From contig MU058636.1 in assembly GCA_013265495.1 (NCBI GenBank), forward strand, positions 930,001 through 994,000: 64,000 nucleotides of DNA. The letters are read 5' to 3'. Both the position numbers and the translations under genes were made by a program. Below are positions 38,460-50,706 of this stretch, piece by piece. The stretch is from Vicugna vicugna. Taxonomy: Eukaryota. Numbering within the stretch: position 1 is the stretch's first letter; every line of letters starts with the position of its first letter. The notes below the pieces were generated by a model. It ran no database searches. It was given only the letters and a program-made list of their open reading frames with translations, and was not told the origin of the DNA.

Positions 38460-38760
38460 TGTCAGGTTGAACTCAGCATTTCACATGCTTCTCCTCTGAT
38501 CCTCACTGCTATGCGTGGAAGGCATCCTTGTACCCACTTTACAGAATGAGGAAACCAAGGCCCAATTCCACACAGCTGTGGAGGCAGAATGTGGACTTAA
38601 ACCCACTTACTCTAAGTGATCCTCTCCCTACGTGATGCTATGTCAGGGGAGAGATGCTTTTTTTGGATTTAAACATGTGACTTGAACATGTCATTTAACT
38701 TTTATGAGCATCCGCTTCCTCATCTGTACAGTGGAGGTGTGAAAATAGTTAATCCTTCAG
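38460..38760. mobile_element. MIR fragments
   Basis: cccactttacagaatgaggaaaccaaggccc and ttcctcatctgtacagtgg core motifs. Confidence 0.65.
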
Positions 38761-40697
38761 GTTTATTTCCCTCTAAAATTTTACCGGTGGAAGAACGGAG
38801 GCGGGGAAGGCACTCCCTGCTGCGACGGAGCTGTCCATGGTCCTGACAGGACTGGTACCAATAAAGCAATAATCAGCTTATCAAAGGAAGAAGCACAAGA
38901 AGCCAGAAACGCCTCCATTAATAAAGATCTTGCTGTTGTTGTCTGGGTCTCTTAAGTAATTAAGCATGCCTGCTCCTACTGCTGGGTGCCTGGATATGCC
39001 AGGAACCAAGCCTCTGCAAATTGAAGAGGCAGGTAGATGTGCACATGCTCCCTTCCCCCAACACCTGAAACAGCCCGTGTGTTCCAGCCAAGTGAGCGAT
39101 AGTACATTTTGTCTCCATTTTTTATTCTTTTGCCTTGAATTACAGATTCTTGTTCTTGGAAACAGACATTCTTGAGCCTGATTTTCCAAGCTTAGCTACC
39201 CTAAGAACCAAGTGAGATTAATTTAATGAGTTCTCTAAGAAATCAATTAAGTTCCTTTGTTTCAGCATATTTTCATCCTTTCTTCCATTTATGCACATAG
39301 ATATGTTTGTATCAAGGGGCATATATTTACTGTATACGCAGTAGTATCAATGCCATTTCAAAAAAAGATGTAGTGGATACAGCAATGTTGAAAACATAAG
39401 ATGAACACCCACCCACACGTTTCTCTGTAAGTCATGGCTAGCTATGGAATTTTGTCCCATCATTTCTTATCATTTACCTTATACATAGCCCTGATGTATA
39501 ATTTAACTTGCAAAACAGCATTAATAATAAGCATCTGGTATTTTGAAATCTTTTTACTCCATGACGACATTTGCAAGGTTTTTTTTTAAAATAGCAATAT
39601 TTGAAGGCCTAAGGAGATCTTTCCAAACATATTGAGAATTAATCATAAGTTAGAACTACATTAATAAGGATGTACTAGACTGCAGTAAAAGTAAAATTCC
39701 AAAAACAACAAGTGGTAAGATTATGAGCTAGGCACTGCTCTTAGTGGTTGCCTGAGTCCCTATGTGAATTTGTGTGTTCACTCTCATATCTGCATATGTA
39801 TATAAATATGATTTTACACTCTCAAATACGCACATATATATTTTCCTATTTGCATGTATAAGTAAACAGAGATGACTGAATCTAAGCTATTTGCATATGG
39901 GGGTAGGGAGGATTCAATTTTTTCCCCCAAATTATCTTCCTGAAAGATTTGCAAGGGAAAGAGAGTCTTTAAAGGGAAAATTTTGAAAGTCTTTGGAGTA
40001 AACAGTGAACGAGGAGAATTCCCAAATCAAGCCAAGGAAAAGAAGCAGAGAGCCTGGTATCTGATGCTCATCCCAGCCCTAAGGTCTAAGACGGACCTTA
40101 GGAAGAGGAGTATTTTCCCCAATTCATGCACAAAAAGACAGGCCCTGTGGCTGGGGGCTCTGAAGGGAACAGTAGGCTACGTAGGGTCCCGGAGAGTTTA
40201 CAGGGAAGCCCTCTGGGAAGGGCCAGCGTCACTGCACAAGATTGTGGCAGAAACAACTACCGGAAGTGGAGGTGCCCAGCGTTCAGGGTGCTGTCCACAG
40301 GCCCGGGCAGGCAGCAGCAGGGAGCAGCTTGTGCGGACGGAATAAATTCCTCAGAAACCAGCAAGGACCTAGGGACAGCATTATTTTAGCTGTGTTGGGG
40401 GAAGCAATGTCAATTTCCAAATCAGCTACGATACTTTTTTCCCACATGATGATTTATATTTTTGTAAATTTTAATTGGTAGGTATGTTAGTAGTACATGA
40501 ATATATGCTTCTCTAGAAAACATTCAACAGTTAGAGGAAGACTAAAATCCCATTTGCCATCAACCCCAGACCTGTTTCCCTCTTCCTTTCTCCAGAAATA
40601 ACCACAATTTATTCCTGCTATATTAAGGAACATTTTTCCAGAAGAAAAATTATTGACTGAAAGTTAATGAGAATGCAAGTTTTGATATTGCCTTTTT

Positions 40698-40996
40698 AAT
40701 GAACTTATTTACAAAAGAGAGACAGACTCACAGATATAAAAAAACAAACTTGTGGTTACTGGTGGGGGAAACGTGAGGAGAAGGGATAAATTAGGAGTTT
40801 GGGATTAGCAGATACAAACTACTATATGTAAAATAGGTAAACAACAAGGTCCTACTGTACAGCACAGGGAACTATATTCAGTGTCTTGTAATAGCCTATA
40901 CTGAAAAGGAATATATATAATGTATAACTGAATCACTATGCTGTACACCAGAAATTAACGCAACATGGTAAATCAACTATATGTCAATAAAAAAAT
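40698..40996 (+). mobile_element. L1 3' end
   Basis: aatgaacttatttacaaaagagagacagactcacaga...ggagtttgggattagcagatacaaacta...aatcaactatatgtcaataaaaaa. Confidence 0.93.
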
Positions 40997-41039
40997 CTTG
41001 CCTTAAAAAGAAAAGAAACACTTGCAGCATCTAACGTAT

Positions 41040-41102
41040 AGGCAATACAAGATGGTAAAAAAGGCAATACAAGATGGTAAAAAAGGCAATACAAGGTGGT
41101 AA
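41040..41102 (+). repeat. 22-bp minisatellite, ~2.9 copies (aggcaatacaagatggtaaaaa)
   Basis: Units start at 41040, 41062 and 41084. Confidence 0.95.
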
Positions 41103-43251
41103 GTCCAGCCTCATAAATGCAACATGTCTCAACAGAAGGAAAATGAAGTGAAAGCTCTGGGCCTCAATGACTAATTGATGTACGCTCCGAAGTGTTTCCC
41201 TGAAGAAGGAAAGAAAGAAAAATCACAGCCCTGAGGCACTATCTCCGCAAGGAAGCCTCTGCCGATGTTGAATACCTTTCTCCCCAAGGCTGTTGAAGTC
41301 TTCTATACTGATGATTCAAGGTAGGCTGGAGGCAAACAGCTGGTGCCAATCATGGGCGACCTGTTAACAGTTCACCAGGAGAATGGTATGTGAAGACGTT
41401 CATAAAATATGATAAACTCCCCTGGTCTGAAGTGTTTCAGAAAGCAGACGTGATTCCTCAGACACAATGAACGGCCCCCATGGGCTGGGTAATTCCTTCT
41501 TCACACGTTTTAGTGGAGCCTCTGGTTATTGTTCTGTAATTCAGTGAGTCAGGTGCTCTGACTGTTCTGTAACAGGAGTCTGGTCAACGGAAGCTTCATG
41601 GCCTCACAGAGTTCCTGCAGTTTCCCTCTGGCTGCTTTTCAGGGCAGAGTCCTCGGCACTGGGCATTTCGTTCTTTTGACCAGATCGACAAGGCGCATGA
41701 CTGGGATGGGCTGACTGGGTAGTTCTCCCAAGAGTTAGGAGGAGAGGGGGATTCTTTCCCACCCGAGGGAGTAAGTTAGGGATGAACGAGCTGATAAGCC
41801 CCTAGGGCACGATGCCTCTGCTCTTACAGCCAGCACCCTGGTGCCCCTGGCAGGACTCGTGGACAAACCAACCACCACGCATCCTGGGCTTTTCTTCCTC
41901 AAGAAAACACTCTTGGAGGAGAGAGAGCACCCTGGCTTTCTCTCTCTGTCACTGATGCTCAGGCAATTGGCTCATGACAAGTTTGAGCAGAATATTTCTT
42001 AGAAGTTATATGGCAGCCAGATTGTTTTTGGACTGATACGGTTTTCAAAGGATTTATGAAAAGAAACGATTAGTTGGGGATTATGATGACTGCACACCTG
42101 GTAGGGAGTGGGGGACAGGTCCCTGACTGGCTGCCCTGAACCTAATTCTTGACTACCCCATCGTGTTTGCGCGTCACGAAGGATCTGGGGAGAAGGAGAA
42201 CCCCCACCCCCACCCCCACCCTGGGTAAACTTACGAAGCCGAGGAGAGGGCCCCTCGGTAAACTTCCCTTAGCCTCCAGGCTGAGAATCAGGTCTGTTGA
42301 TGCAACAACCGAGGGACTGTGTAAAGTGAGGGCTACCAACAGAGCACAGCCCGTCCCTGCCCTCGGGGAGCGGCAGTTATGTACTAAACACACAGGACGG
42401 CTGTTCACCTCGCTGTCACGGGCACCACCAGGCCTGGCCCATGGCAGGTGCTCAACACATACACGTTACTTCAAGTCGTGAGTATAGGTAGGGCCGCGGT
42501 GCCCGGAGGGTAATTCAGGGAACGTGACTGCAGGGGGCGGGCAGGTGTCTTCACAACAAGGTGAGTCTCCGCATGCGAGGCTTTGCTGGCTGCAGAGTGC
42601 GGGTGGCGCGCACAGGGAGCCGGCCCGGGATGGAGGTGGGGGGGCCTTGCAGCGGGCTGTCGTTTCGCTGCGCTCCTCTGCTCACTCTGCGTCTCCCACT
42701 TGCTCTCAAGATCTCTGAAGATGCACTTTCTACTCCCAAGTTTTCTGTAATCTTCTGAGGTGAATAAAGAAGATGTGGGGAATACAAATACTGATCTTAG
42801 GGCAAAAAGCCAAAACCAAAAACCTCTCCAAAACAGGAGTTCACCACATACCAACTCTTTGATCCTGGAGGAGTTACCGAACCTCGGTTTCTCCATCTGG
42901 ACAATAGGGATAGTGGTTCCTACCTCACAAGGGCTGCTGTGAGGACGCAGGAGAGAAACTGCCCAGTGCGCGGAGGCACCCAGGACTTGGGAACTGAACC
43001 CAATACCATTGCTCCTGAGCTTGACAGTGACAGTGAAACAGAGCCTAGCACCACCCAACGAGGATGCAGAGAGGGGAGCGCTAGACAGAAAAGCAATAAC
43101 CACAGCACATCACTCCCTTCTGCCTCTTAAAAAAAAGAACAAAAACAAAGGTAAAAACAAGTGTTCTCTCAGGGCCTGCTCTGTGCAAAATCCCAAAATA
43201 GGTAAAATTTATTTTTGACTTTCACTACCTTTAACTTTTTTGTTGTTCTAG

Positions 43252-43680
43252 TTTTATTTATTTTTGATTGAAGTAGAGTTGATTTACAATGTTGTATGAG
43301 TTTCTGGGGGTACAGCTAGTGATTCAGAATATATATATTCTTTTTCATATTGTTTTCATTATAGGTTATTACAAGATATTGACTATAGTTCCCTGTGCTG
43401 TACAGGAGGACCTGGTTGTTTATCTGTCTTATGTATAGTAGTTTGTATCTGCTAATTCCATACCCCCAATTTATCCTTCCTCCCTCCTTACCTTTTTGGT
43501 AACCATAAGTTTGTTTTCTATGTCTGTGAGTCTCTTTCTGTTTTGTAAATAACTTCATTTGTATCATTTTTTAGATTCTGCACATAAGTGGTATTATATG
43601 ATATTTGTCTTTGTCTGACTTCACTGCGTATAATCACCTCTAGGCCATCCATGTTACTGCGAACGGCATTATTTCACTAC
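43252..43680 (-). mobile_element. L1 3' fragment (cetartiodactyl type)
   Basis: ttgaagtagagttgatttacaatgttg...atagttccctgtgctgtacag...ggtaaccataagtttgttttctatgtctgtgagtct. Confidence 0.93.
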
Positions 43681-43694
43681 CCTTTTCAAAAAAA

Positions 43695-44145
43695 TTGTGA
43701 TAAAATACCCATAACATAAAACTTACCTTCTTAGCCATTTTCAAGTGTACAGTTCAGTGGTGTTAAGTACTTCACATTGTAGTGGACCCAGTCTCCAGAA
43801 GTTTCCCCATCTTGCAGAAATGAAACTCCATATCCACTAAACACTGACTCCCCATAAGCCCTACCCAGCCCCTGAATTCTGTGTCTTTGCGAATTTGACT
43901 CCTCTCAGTACCTCATGTAAGTGGAATCAAACAGTATTTGTCTTTTATGATTGGCTTATTTTGCACAGTATCGTGTCCTCAAGGTTCATCCATGCTGTAG
44001 CAGGTGTCAGGATTTCCTTCCTTTTCGGGACTGAATAATATTCCACTGTATGGATGGGCCACATTTTGTTTACCATTCATCTGTTGGTGGAAGCTTGGGT
44101 TGCTTCCACCTTTTGGCTGCTGTGAATTACATTGCTCTGAACATC
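43695..44145 (-). mobile_element. L1MB-like 3' fragment
   Basis: ttgtgataaaatacccataacataaaact...gtacagttcagtggtgttaagtac...tcaaggttcatccatgctgtagca. Confidence 0.85.
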
Positions 44146-44737
44146 GGCTTACAGATAACTCTGTTCTCTCTCTCCGCCCCCCCCTTTCTGATTTGTAATC
44201 CAAGTTTCTGGTGATTTCACCTTTTACTCAACATTCTGTCATCAGGAAAGGGGAAGTCATTAACACTTGGGTGCAAATGTGTTGAATGTGTCATCCCTAA
44301 ATGAAGGAGTCTGAATTTTTAAAAGAGGATTAAAGGGAAAGCAACACAAGGCAGTGAACATCGCACTGTTGCGTTTTGGGCTGAGGGCCCTGAGCGGGGG
44401 CGCTGTGTGGGCCTGTGTTCTGGGGATGCTGTGAATTACATTGCTCTGAACATCGACTTACAGATAACTCTGTTCTCTCTCTCCACCCCCCCCCCTTTCT
44501 GATTTGTAATCCAAGTTTCTGGTGATTTCACCTTTTACTCAACATTCTGTCATCAGGAAAGGGGAAGTCATTAACACTTGGGTGCAAATGTGTTGAATGT
44601 GTCATCCCTAAATGAAGGAGTCTGAATTTTTAAAAGAGGATTAAAGGGAAAGCAACACAAGGCAGTGAACATCGCACTGTTGCGTTTTGGGCTGAGGGCC
44701 CTGAGCGGGGGCGCTGTGTGGGCCTGTGTTCTGGGGA
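44118..44737 (+). repeat. Near-perfect tandem duplication, 309 + 311 bp
   Basis: 44118-44426 versus 44427-44737. I see two G/A substitutions and a C8 versus C10 run. Confidence 0.95.
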
Positions 44738-44739
44738 GA

Positions 44740-45350
44740 ACATCTCCGAGCGTCCCCGCCAGTGAAAGCACGACTCCGTTCCCATCAGGCCAGAACTTCC
44801 TTGTCTCAGTGCCAATTCCACCCGAACCGACTCCACCACTGAACTCACACAGGAAATCTGAAAGTGAAGCACCCCCCCCCCCCCCGCGGGTTCCCTGACC
44901 TGTGGTCTTTTCCTCACGACGGCGGCGCCTCCGCACCCGCCAGGCCGCTGCAGCCCGAAGCCCGAGGGCGCCTGCAGCCCAACTCGCGCCGCCTGGGAGG
45001 TGCTTTTCCGCCTCCAGACTCCGCACTCTGTGTTCTCAGAAGACGGCAATGAGCTGCGGGAGTTCGCGGCTGCTCAACGAAACCTCGCTCTTCGCGCTTC
45101 AGTTGTAGCCTGTCACGTTCGGCCCCTGCCAAGACCCGCGCGTTTCCTTTCGCGGTGCCTTTCAGATCCTCCGCGGGCAGCCGCTCCCCGGTCTGGGGGT
45201 GGGGGTGGGGGCTCGCTGGGAAACAGCCACGAGCATCCAGCCAACCCTGGCAGCACCCGAGGCTAAGCCCCGAGGGCTGGGGGGCTGGCCAACCGAGAGT
45301 CGGGCGAGTAAGTAGGGGTGAAGGAGGCAGGCGGTGAGGGTGGGTGCCAG
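44740..45350. promoter_or_regulatory. CpG island overlapping the putative 3' exons of unit C
   Basis: Dense CpG/GC sequence. Confidence 0.6.
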
Positions 45351-47399
45351 ACTCGGAACTGAAGCAGAATCGAGAGCAGGCACCAGAGACCCAGGGAGGA
45401 AATGGAGCGGTAACTTTAATCCGGGAAATAGTGTTCTGTTGACTGCTTTTGTTTATTTAGATTTAAATATTAAAAAAATTTTTTTGATTAAAATTTTTTA
45501 CTTATTTTTTTGATTTACAACGCTGTATTAGTTTCTGTGTGTGGCACAGTGACTCAGTTCGACGTACTGCTGACTGCTTTGAAAAGAATGAGTAGGCCAG
45601 TCGGCTGCGTTTTGGGGCTATGTCCTGTCTTTAGGATTTCCTATTCCCAGCTAAAACTCTGAATGGTATTTAAAAAGTATCTTTCTCAGACAAGTTACAT
45701 GACAGTCTCTAAGGTATGTCTCCCGGGCATTCCATGAAAACCAGCAACTTCCCAGGAGATTTCAGAGACGCCAGAATCAACCCCTACTTGAGCCCCTCCC
45801 CCTAGACATCCGTCCTCCAGACCACCTCCGGGCAAGCCTTTCAAAGTCTGGTGCCTAAAAACCCATCCTTGACTCTCCATTTACTTCTGAGTTGACAGGA
45901 TCCTGGCCCAGCCCACCTCCACCTTAGCGCCTGCGGCTTCCTGCCCTCCTCTCGCGCGGCCCGTCTTGCTGTTTTTCCTGCAATGTTCTTAGACGTCCTT
46001 GGGCGGCGCCTGCTTCGCTCCTGCAGTGCAGAGGAGGGTGGGGCTGTACAGGTGCAGGTGTGGAAAGGACAGCCCACCTGGCAGGCAGAGCAGTATCTGA
46101 GGCCCTGGGAGCGAACACAGTGAAGCCAGAGCAGGGGTTAGACGGGAGCTGTAAGGGGGTGTGTGTGGCCATGTTTGGGTTCCAACAGACAGGAAGACCA
46201 CAGACCAGAGCGGGCTCCCAGCCATGGATCCGCTGTCCTCCAGCCCTAGAAGGAGTCCATAGCAAGCCTAGCTGGACAGCGAGAACAAGGTCCAATGTGC
46301 AGCTTGGCTCCAGTGCAGCTCCACCCCAGTGTTTCATTATAAGCGCTTGGAAGTCTGCCCTCCACACCCCTTCTCCATGCAGCAGCCTCTGCCCAGGGAG
46401 GAGAGCTACCACCCTGGCCCTATGATGGGCAGGATTGGCACAGTCCTTGGCTGCAGACCTGGGAGGCCTGGAACCCCAAAGGCCGGGCAGGAAGGCCGGG
46501 CCACCTTTGGTGGGGCTCAGCCTCCTCTTCCCAGCAGGCGACCTCGCTTCCAGGGGCTGGCTTGCCTCCTGCTTTTCTGCGTGCCCCTCCTCACTTTTTG
46601 GATCTCTTGGCTGACCCGGCTCTGCATCCCCCACCCCTGGCCACTCTGCTCTTCTGCAGTCTCGTCGGGGTGCCAGGCCCTGACACGACAGCTCTGCGCT
46701 CCTACACCAGCTCTAAGTGGGGTTGGGTTTGCCGTCCCCGCTGCCCCATCTGGACTAGGTTCATAATCGTGAGCCCCTTTCCAAGGCCATCACCGCTCCT
46801 CCCATATCAGCCTGTGTTTGTCAGCTCCAGGACCTTCTGCCCGGCTCAGACCCCAAGTGACACCTCCCCCACCTGCGTGTGCACCTAACTCCCTATCAGG
46901 AGACAACATTGGAGGGAACGAGTTAAAATCAGGCTGTAGGTAAACGCGTACTGATGCAGACGGCTGTATGTGCTGAAGCTAAACGGTGAGAGCCGATGGC
47001 AGGGTACTTGTGTGCGCTCACCCCAGGTGTGCAGCGTATGCACGGAAATGGTCTTCAAGGAAACTCGGCCCTGTGTTAAGAGTGGCTGTCTCTGGGGGAA
47101 GGATTATGGAATCTTTTAATTTTCTTCTTTTTATTTATCTCTATCATCTAATCATTTTACAGCAAATAAGTATTGTGTTTTTAATAAGGAAAACAATAAA
47201 AAATACACTATTTTTTATTAATTAAAAATGTAAGGCAACTCCAAGGGTCCTGGTTCTCAGAAACAAGGCGAACGGCCCCCAAGGTAAGAACCCTGGCCCC
47301 AAAGCAGAGTCAAATAAAGAACTAGAGGTTGCAGCCAAGTCCAAAGAAGTGTGGGGCCCAAGCTCCCTAGGGCAGGGTAACGGGTGCTTAAGATGATAA

Positions 47400-47615
47400 T
47401 TTTTAGCAGTTTGCCTGGGTTTGAATCCAGTCTATCATCTGATAGCTGTGCAGCCCTGGGCAAGCTGCTAAACCTCTCTGTATCTCATTTTTCTGCTAAG
47501 AAAAATGAAATAAGGCTATGTTATGGATAATTTCATAGGAATATTTTGAGGATTAAACAGATCACATTATGTGACAAGGACTTCAAATGGTGTCTGGTAC
47601 ACAATTAACGCTGGC
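47400..47615 (+). mobile_element. MIR SINE
   Basis: gcctgggtttgaatccag...gctgtgcagccctgggcaagctgctaaacctctctgtatctcattttt...gaggattaaacag. Confidence 0.8.
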
Positions 47616-49842
47616 TTTTAGGGGAAGGCAGGCAAGACTGGGTTGAGAGCCCCCCCGGACCCCCTAACACCCTTTGAGTTCCTTCTTTTTATATCCCTGA
47701 AGTCCCACCTAACCTTTCAACTCCATCTCCATGCCACATCCTTTACTCAAGACTTTCTCTCTTGAGCCTCCGTCCAGGGGTGGCCTCACTGTCCCCTGCA
47801 TCTGTCTGTCACTCTGCAGCAAGTACCCTGAATGGACCTGCCTTCCGCCAGTTTATTGTGTACCTGTTTTATGCCTCTTTGGACCTATATGCTAGGACAC
47901 CCTATCATGCCTTCCACACCACAGTCCACATGAATTATTGGAGTTGAACTGCATGTTTTGAAGACCATCAATTTGCCCTACAAAAAATGCTAACTGGAAT
48001 CGCCCACCTGTGATGGGGCGAGATTTACTGCTTCAAGGCGACTATACTTCATTTGTGGCTTCACACATGTAAGGAAAATTAATTGCACATTTAAAATATG
48101 ATCCTTGGTCAAATGTAAAGGCTAAATGTTTCAAAGAGTTCCACCATGAACATCTTTACTATTTGCAAAGTCAGTTATAAATAAGATTTCAGGCGGTCTG
48201 AGTAAACCAGTATCTGGCCACAAACTTGCAAACGTCTGTGCTGGCTTCTCAGTGCTGAGCAGTGACGGCATCTCCCCAGCCCATTTTAGCGAGAGGAAGT
48301 GTGCTTTTGGTGAAGGCTGTGCTGTTGGCCTACAGTCAGCAGCATTATATTTGGAGGAGGAAAATGCTAAGCTTGCTAGAGTTTTGTTTTATACTTACCT
48401 CCTACACGTCTTGGCAAACAAACTATAAATCGTTTATTTTCCATCTAGACCATCCTTCCTCCTCAAATGTTTTTGTATTTCATTGGCCAGGGAGCTGAAG
48501 AATCTTAATTGTAGGACTTCATCAAAACCCGTCAGGGAGAAGGGGCTGGAGAGGACGGCACCTGTTTGCGCGAGGCTGTGTGTTAGCCACACCCACCGAC
48601 GTGAGGGTGAGCTCGGTGCCACACACCCGTCCCGTTCCGTCCGGGTTAACGGGCGCCCCACACCACCGCCTGCCCAGAGCCCACCGGACACTGATCAGCA
48701 CGGGCTGCTGCCGCCCTGCGCATGGAACAGGTGCTCCACAAACGCTTCTTGTTCGGTCACCTCGAGACATTAATTTAATGTCACTTCTCGGAAGGTGTGG
48801 AATGGAGCGTACAGACATGGTGTCTGCGTATGAGGGACTACAGGTTAATGAGACAAAGACTTTCTGAATTTGGCTAGAGAGCTGGGAGTCTGTAAAGGCA
48901 ATAAAGAAAATGACAACATGACATGAGGGTAGCCCAGGGTAGCCCACGGCCTGTGGGCTCCTGTGCTGAGAGCTGAGTCCTCCTTCTCGGAGTCACGTCT
49001 GGGCAGCAGGGCACTGGGGCGATGTGGAGGTGGCGGGAAGGTGTCTGCCTCGGCTTTGGCCCAGGGTCTCTGTTTTTCTGGAAGCATTCCTGCCTTTTCC
49101 TTGGCTGTGGGAGCTCTACTGTGTGTGTGCAGGGGAGTTAAGCATGGATGGATGGATGGATGGAGATCTGCTTAATTGGAAAACAAACCTGGGAAACTGG
49201 GGAAATACACGGGTCAAATGGCAAAGTTGTTGGGAATGGAGATGTATTATTTATTGATTCAGAAAGCCTTAAGCCTCCAGTTATAATTTCAAAAATACAA
49301 TAGGGACCATTAAAGGAGACAGTTACTGTTCTGAGTCGTGTGAGGAGGGTTCTCTCTCTTAAAAAAAACTGGAATTATGGAAGGATTGTGGGCATGTTGG
49401 TTTCCCCAGCCTGGCCGAGCTTGACCCCCTCTCCTGGTTCCACTGGCAATTGAGTGGCAAACGGCTTTGACAGGGCTCCGCCACAATAATCTATAAGTCA
49501 TTAACTGTGGCTATATTTAAACCCGCCAGAATCAGTCTCTAAGAGACCAGCAACTGTTATTGACATAAAGGCCAGATCCGCAACAAATCCTTAAAAAACG
49601 ATTCTCAGTCTGGGGGTGGGGATTTGCACGGCCCCCACCCTCCAGTTCTGACTCGTCCCCTCGGCTGGGGCACACCCCACCCCCACCACATCCTTCTTAC
49701 AATAGTCTGTCGCTGGAGGGTCTTACAAGCAGGACTGGGATGCATCTTTCATCTGTATTGGGGCGGATACAAGATTGGAAACGACTGTACAAATGTAGTA
49801 AAGTTGAAGCCATGTCTTCTGGTTAGATTTTATTAATGACGC

Positions 49843-49990
49843 TGTTACGTGCTGAACTGTGTCCCCTGCTCCAGTCTCATGTGTTGAAGTCCCAAACCCC
49901 AGGACCTCAAAATGTATTTATATTGGGAGATGCGGACTTTAAAGAGGTAGGCGATTAAGTCAAAATGAGCTCGTTAGGGTGGTGGCCACA
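49843..49990 (+). mobile_element. MLT1 LTR 5' fragment
   Basis: tgttacgtgctgaactgtgtcccc...tgttgaagtcccaaaccccaggacctcaaaatgt. Confidence 0.8.
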
Positions 49991-50564
49991 CAGGGACAGA
50001 GCTGGTGGGGGAGAAGTAGGCTGTCCCCTCTCTCCTCTTGACCCCTTCACTTGGGCTGGTCACTCCGGCGTCGGGCTGTGTGATGAGCAGGACTGGCTGC
50101 GTGGAGGCCAGAGGGACTCGGGACATCGTGAAGTGCCCTGCCCTGCGTGCTCGCTGCTGGTTTTCCTTCTTCCTCTGCCATTTCAGTAGAGAAGCTGGAG
50201 CTTCTCTGTATCGAGACGATTTCAGGGGACACCATGGCTTTGACTTCTGGGATTTTCATTGTTTTTTAAAATACTTTCTATATTCCTTCTTTTCCTCTGA
50301 TTTTCAGAATGCTTAGATTTATTTTCTTTAAAATTGTTTTCTCTTCTATTACTTTTCAATTTTGTTTTTACTTGTGATTTGTTAGTCTCTGTAATTCCAT
50401 CTAGCTTTATATTTTTAACTCTGAGCGCAGCCATTTTTCCCTTTCATATCCTTATTCTGAATCTTATCCTTTCTACTTGTATGTTTTAATTTTTTTACTC
50501 TTCTAGATTTTTATCTCTTTTATCCTAAATTATATTTATCCTCTATTTCTTTATTTAAACATCT

Positions 50565-50706
50565 CTTTTTTTTTCCAGTTTTTTGGAGGGGAAGTGGAGG
50601 TAATTAGGTTTATTTATTTGATTTTTTTTAATGGAGGTGCAGGGGATTGAACCCAGGACCTCGTACATGCCAAGCATGTGTTCTCCCACTGAGCTACACC
50701 CTCCCT
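50565..50706 (-). mobile_element. tRNA-Ala-derived SINE (Vic-1-like)
   Basis: ggaggtaattaggtttatttat...ggggattgaacccaggacc...ccactgagctacaccctccc. Confidence 0.92.

Larger units (their letters stand above)
16084..42768 (+). pseudogene. Unit B: unidentified multi-exon gene remnant (may be more than one gene)
   Basis: AG/GT-bounded exon-like segments at 16084-16190, 16266-16479, 20329-20435, 20499-20717, 20989-21132, 21735-21962, 22929-23036, 24211-24267, 24769-25163, 27718-27776, 30050-, 33217-33389, 33768-, 35911-36435, 39146-39211, 39947-40056, 41136-41320 and 42711-. They lie in non-repeat sequence; several contain in-frame stops. Confidence 0.45.

Noticed and set aside
36349..44737. CRISPR-like or other prokaryotic repeat arrays
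   Set aside because: Repeats are head-to-tail duplications without unique spacers; no cas or operon-like genes; the sequence is mammalian.
45924..46634. 236-aa single-exon minus-strand ORF
   Set aside because: Non-ATG start, GC-rich, no recognisable homology; only its ends look exon-like and they are better explained as parts of unit C.
50255..50565. T-rich ~300-bp tract as a functional element
   Set aside because: Low-complexity sequence adjoining a SINE tail, with no periodicity or motif.
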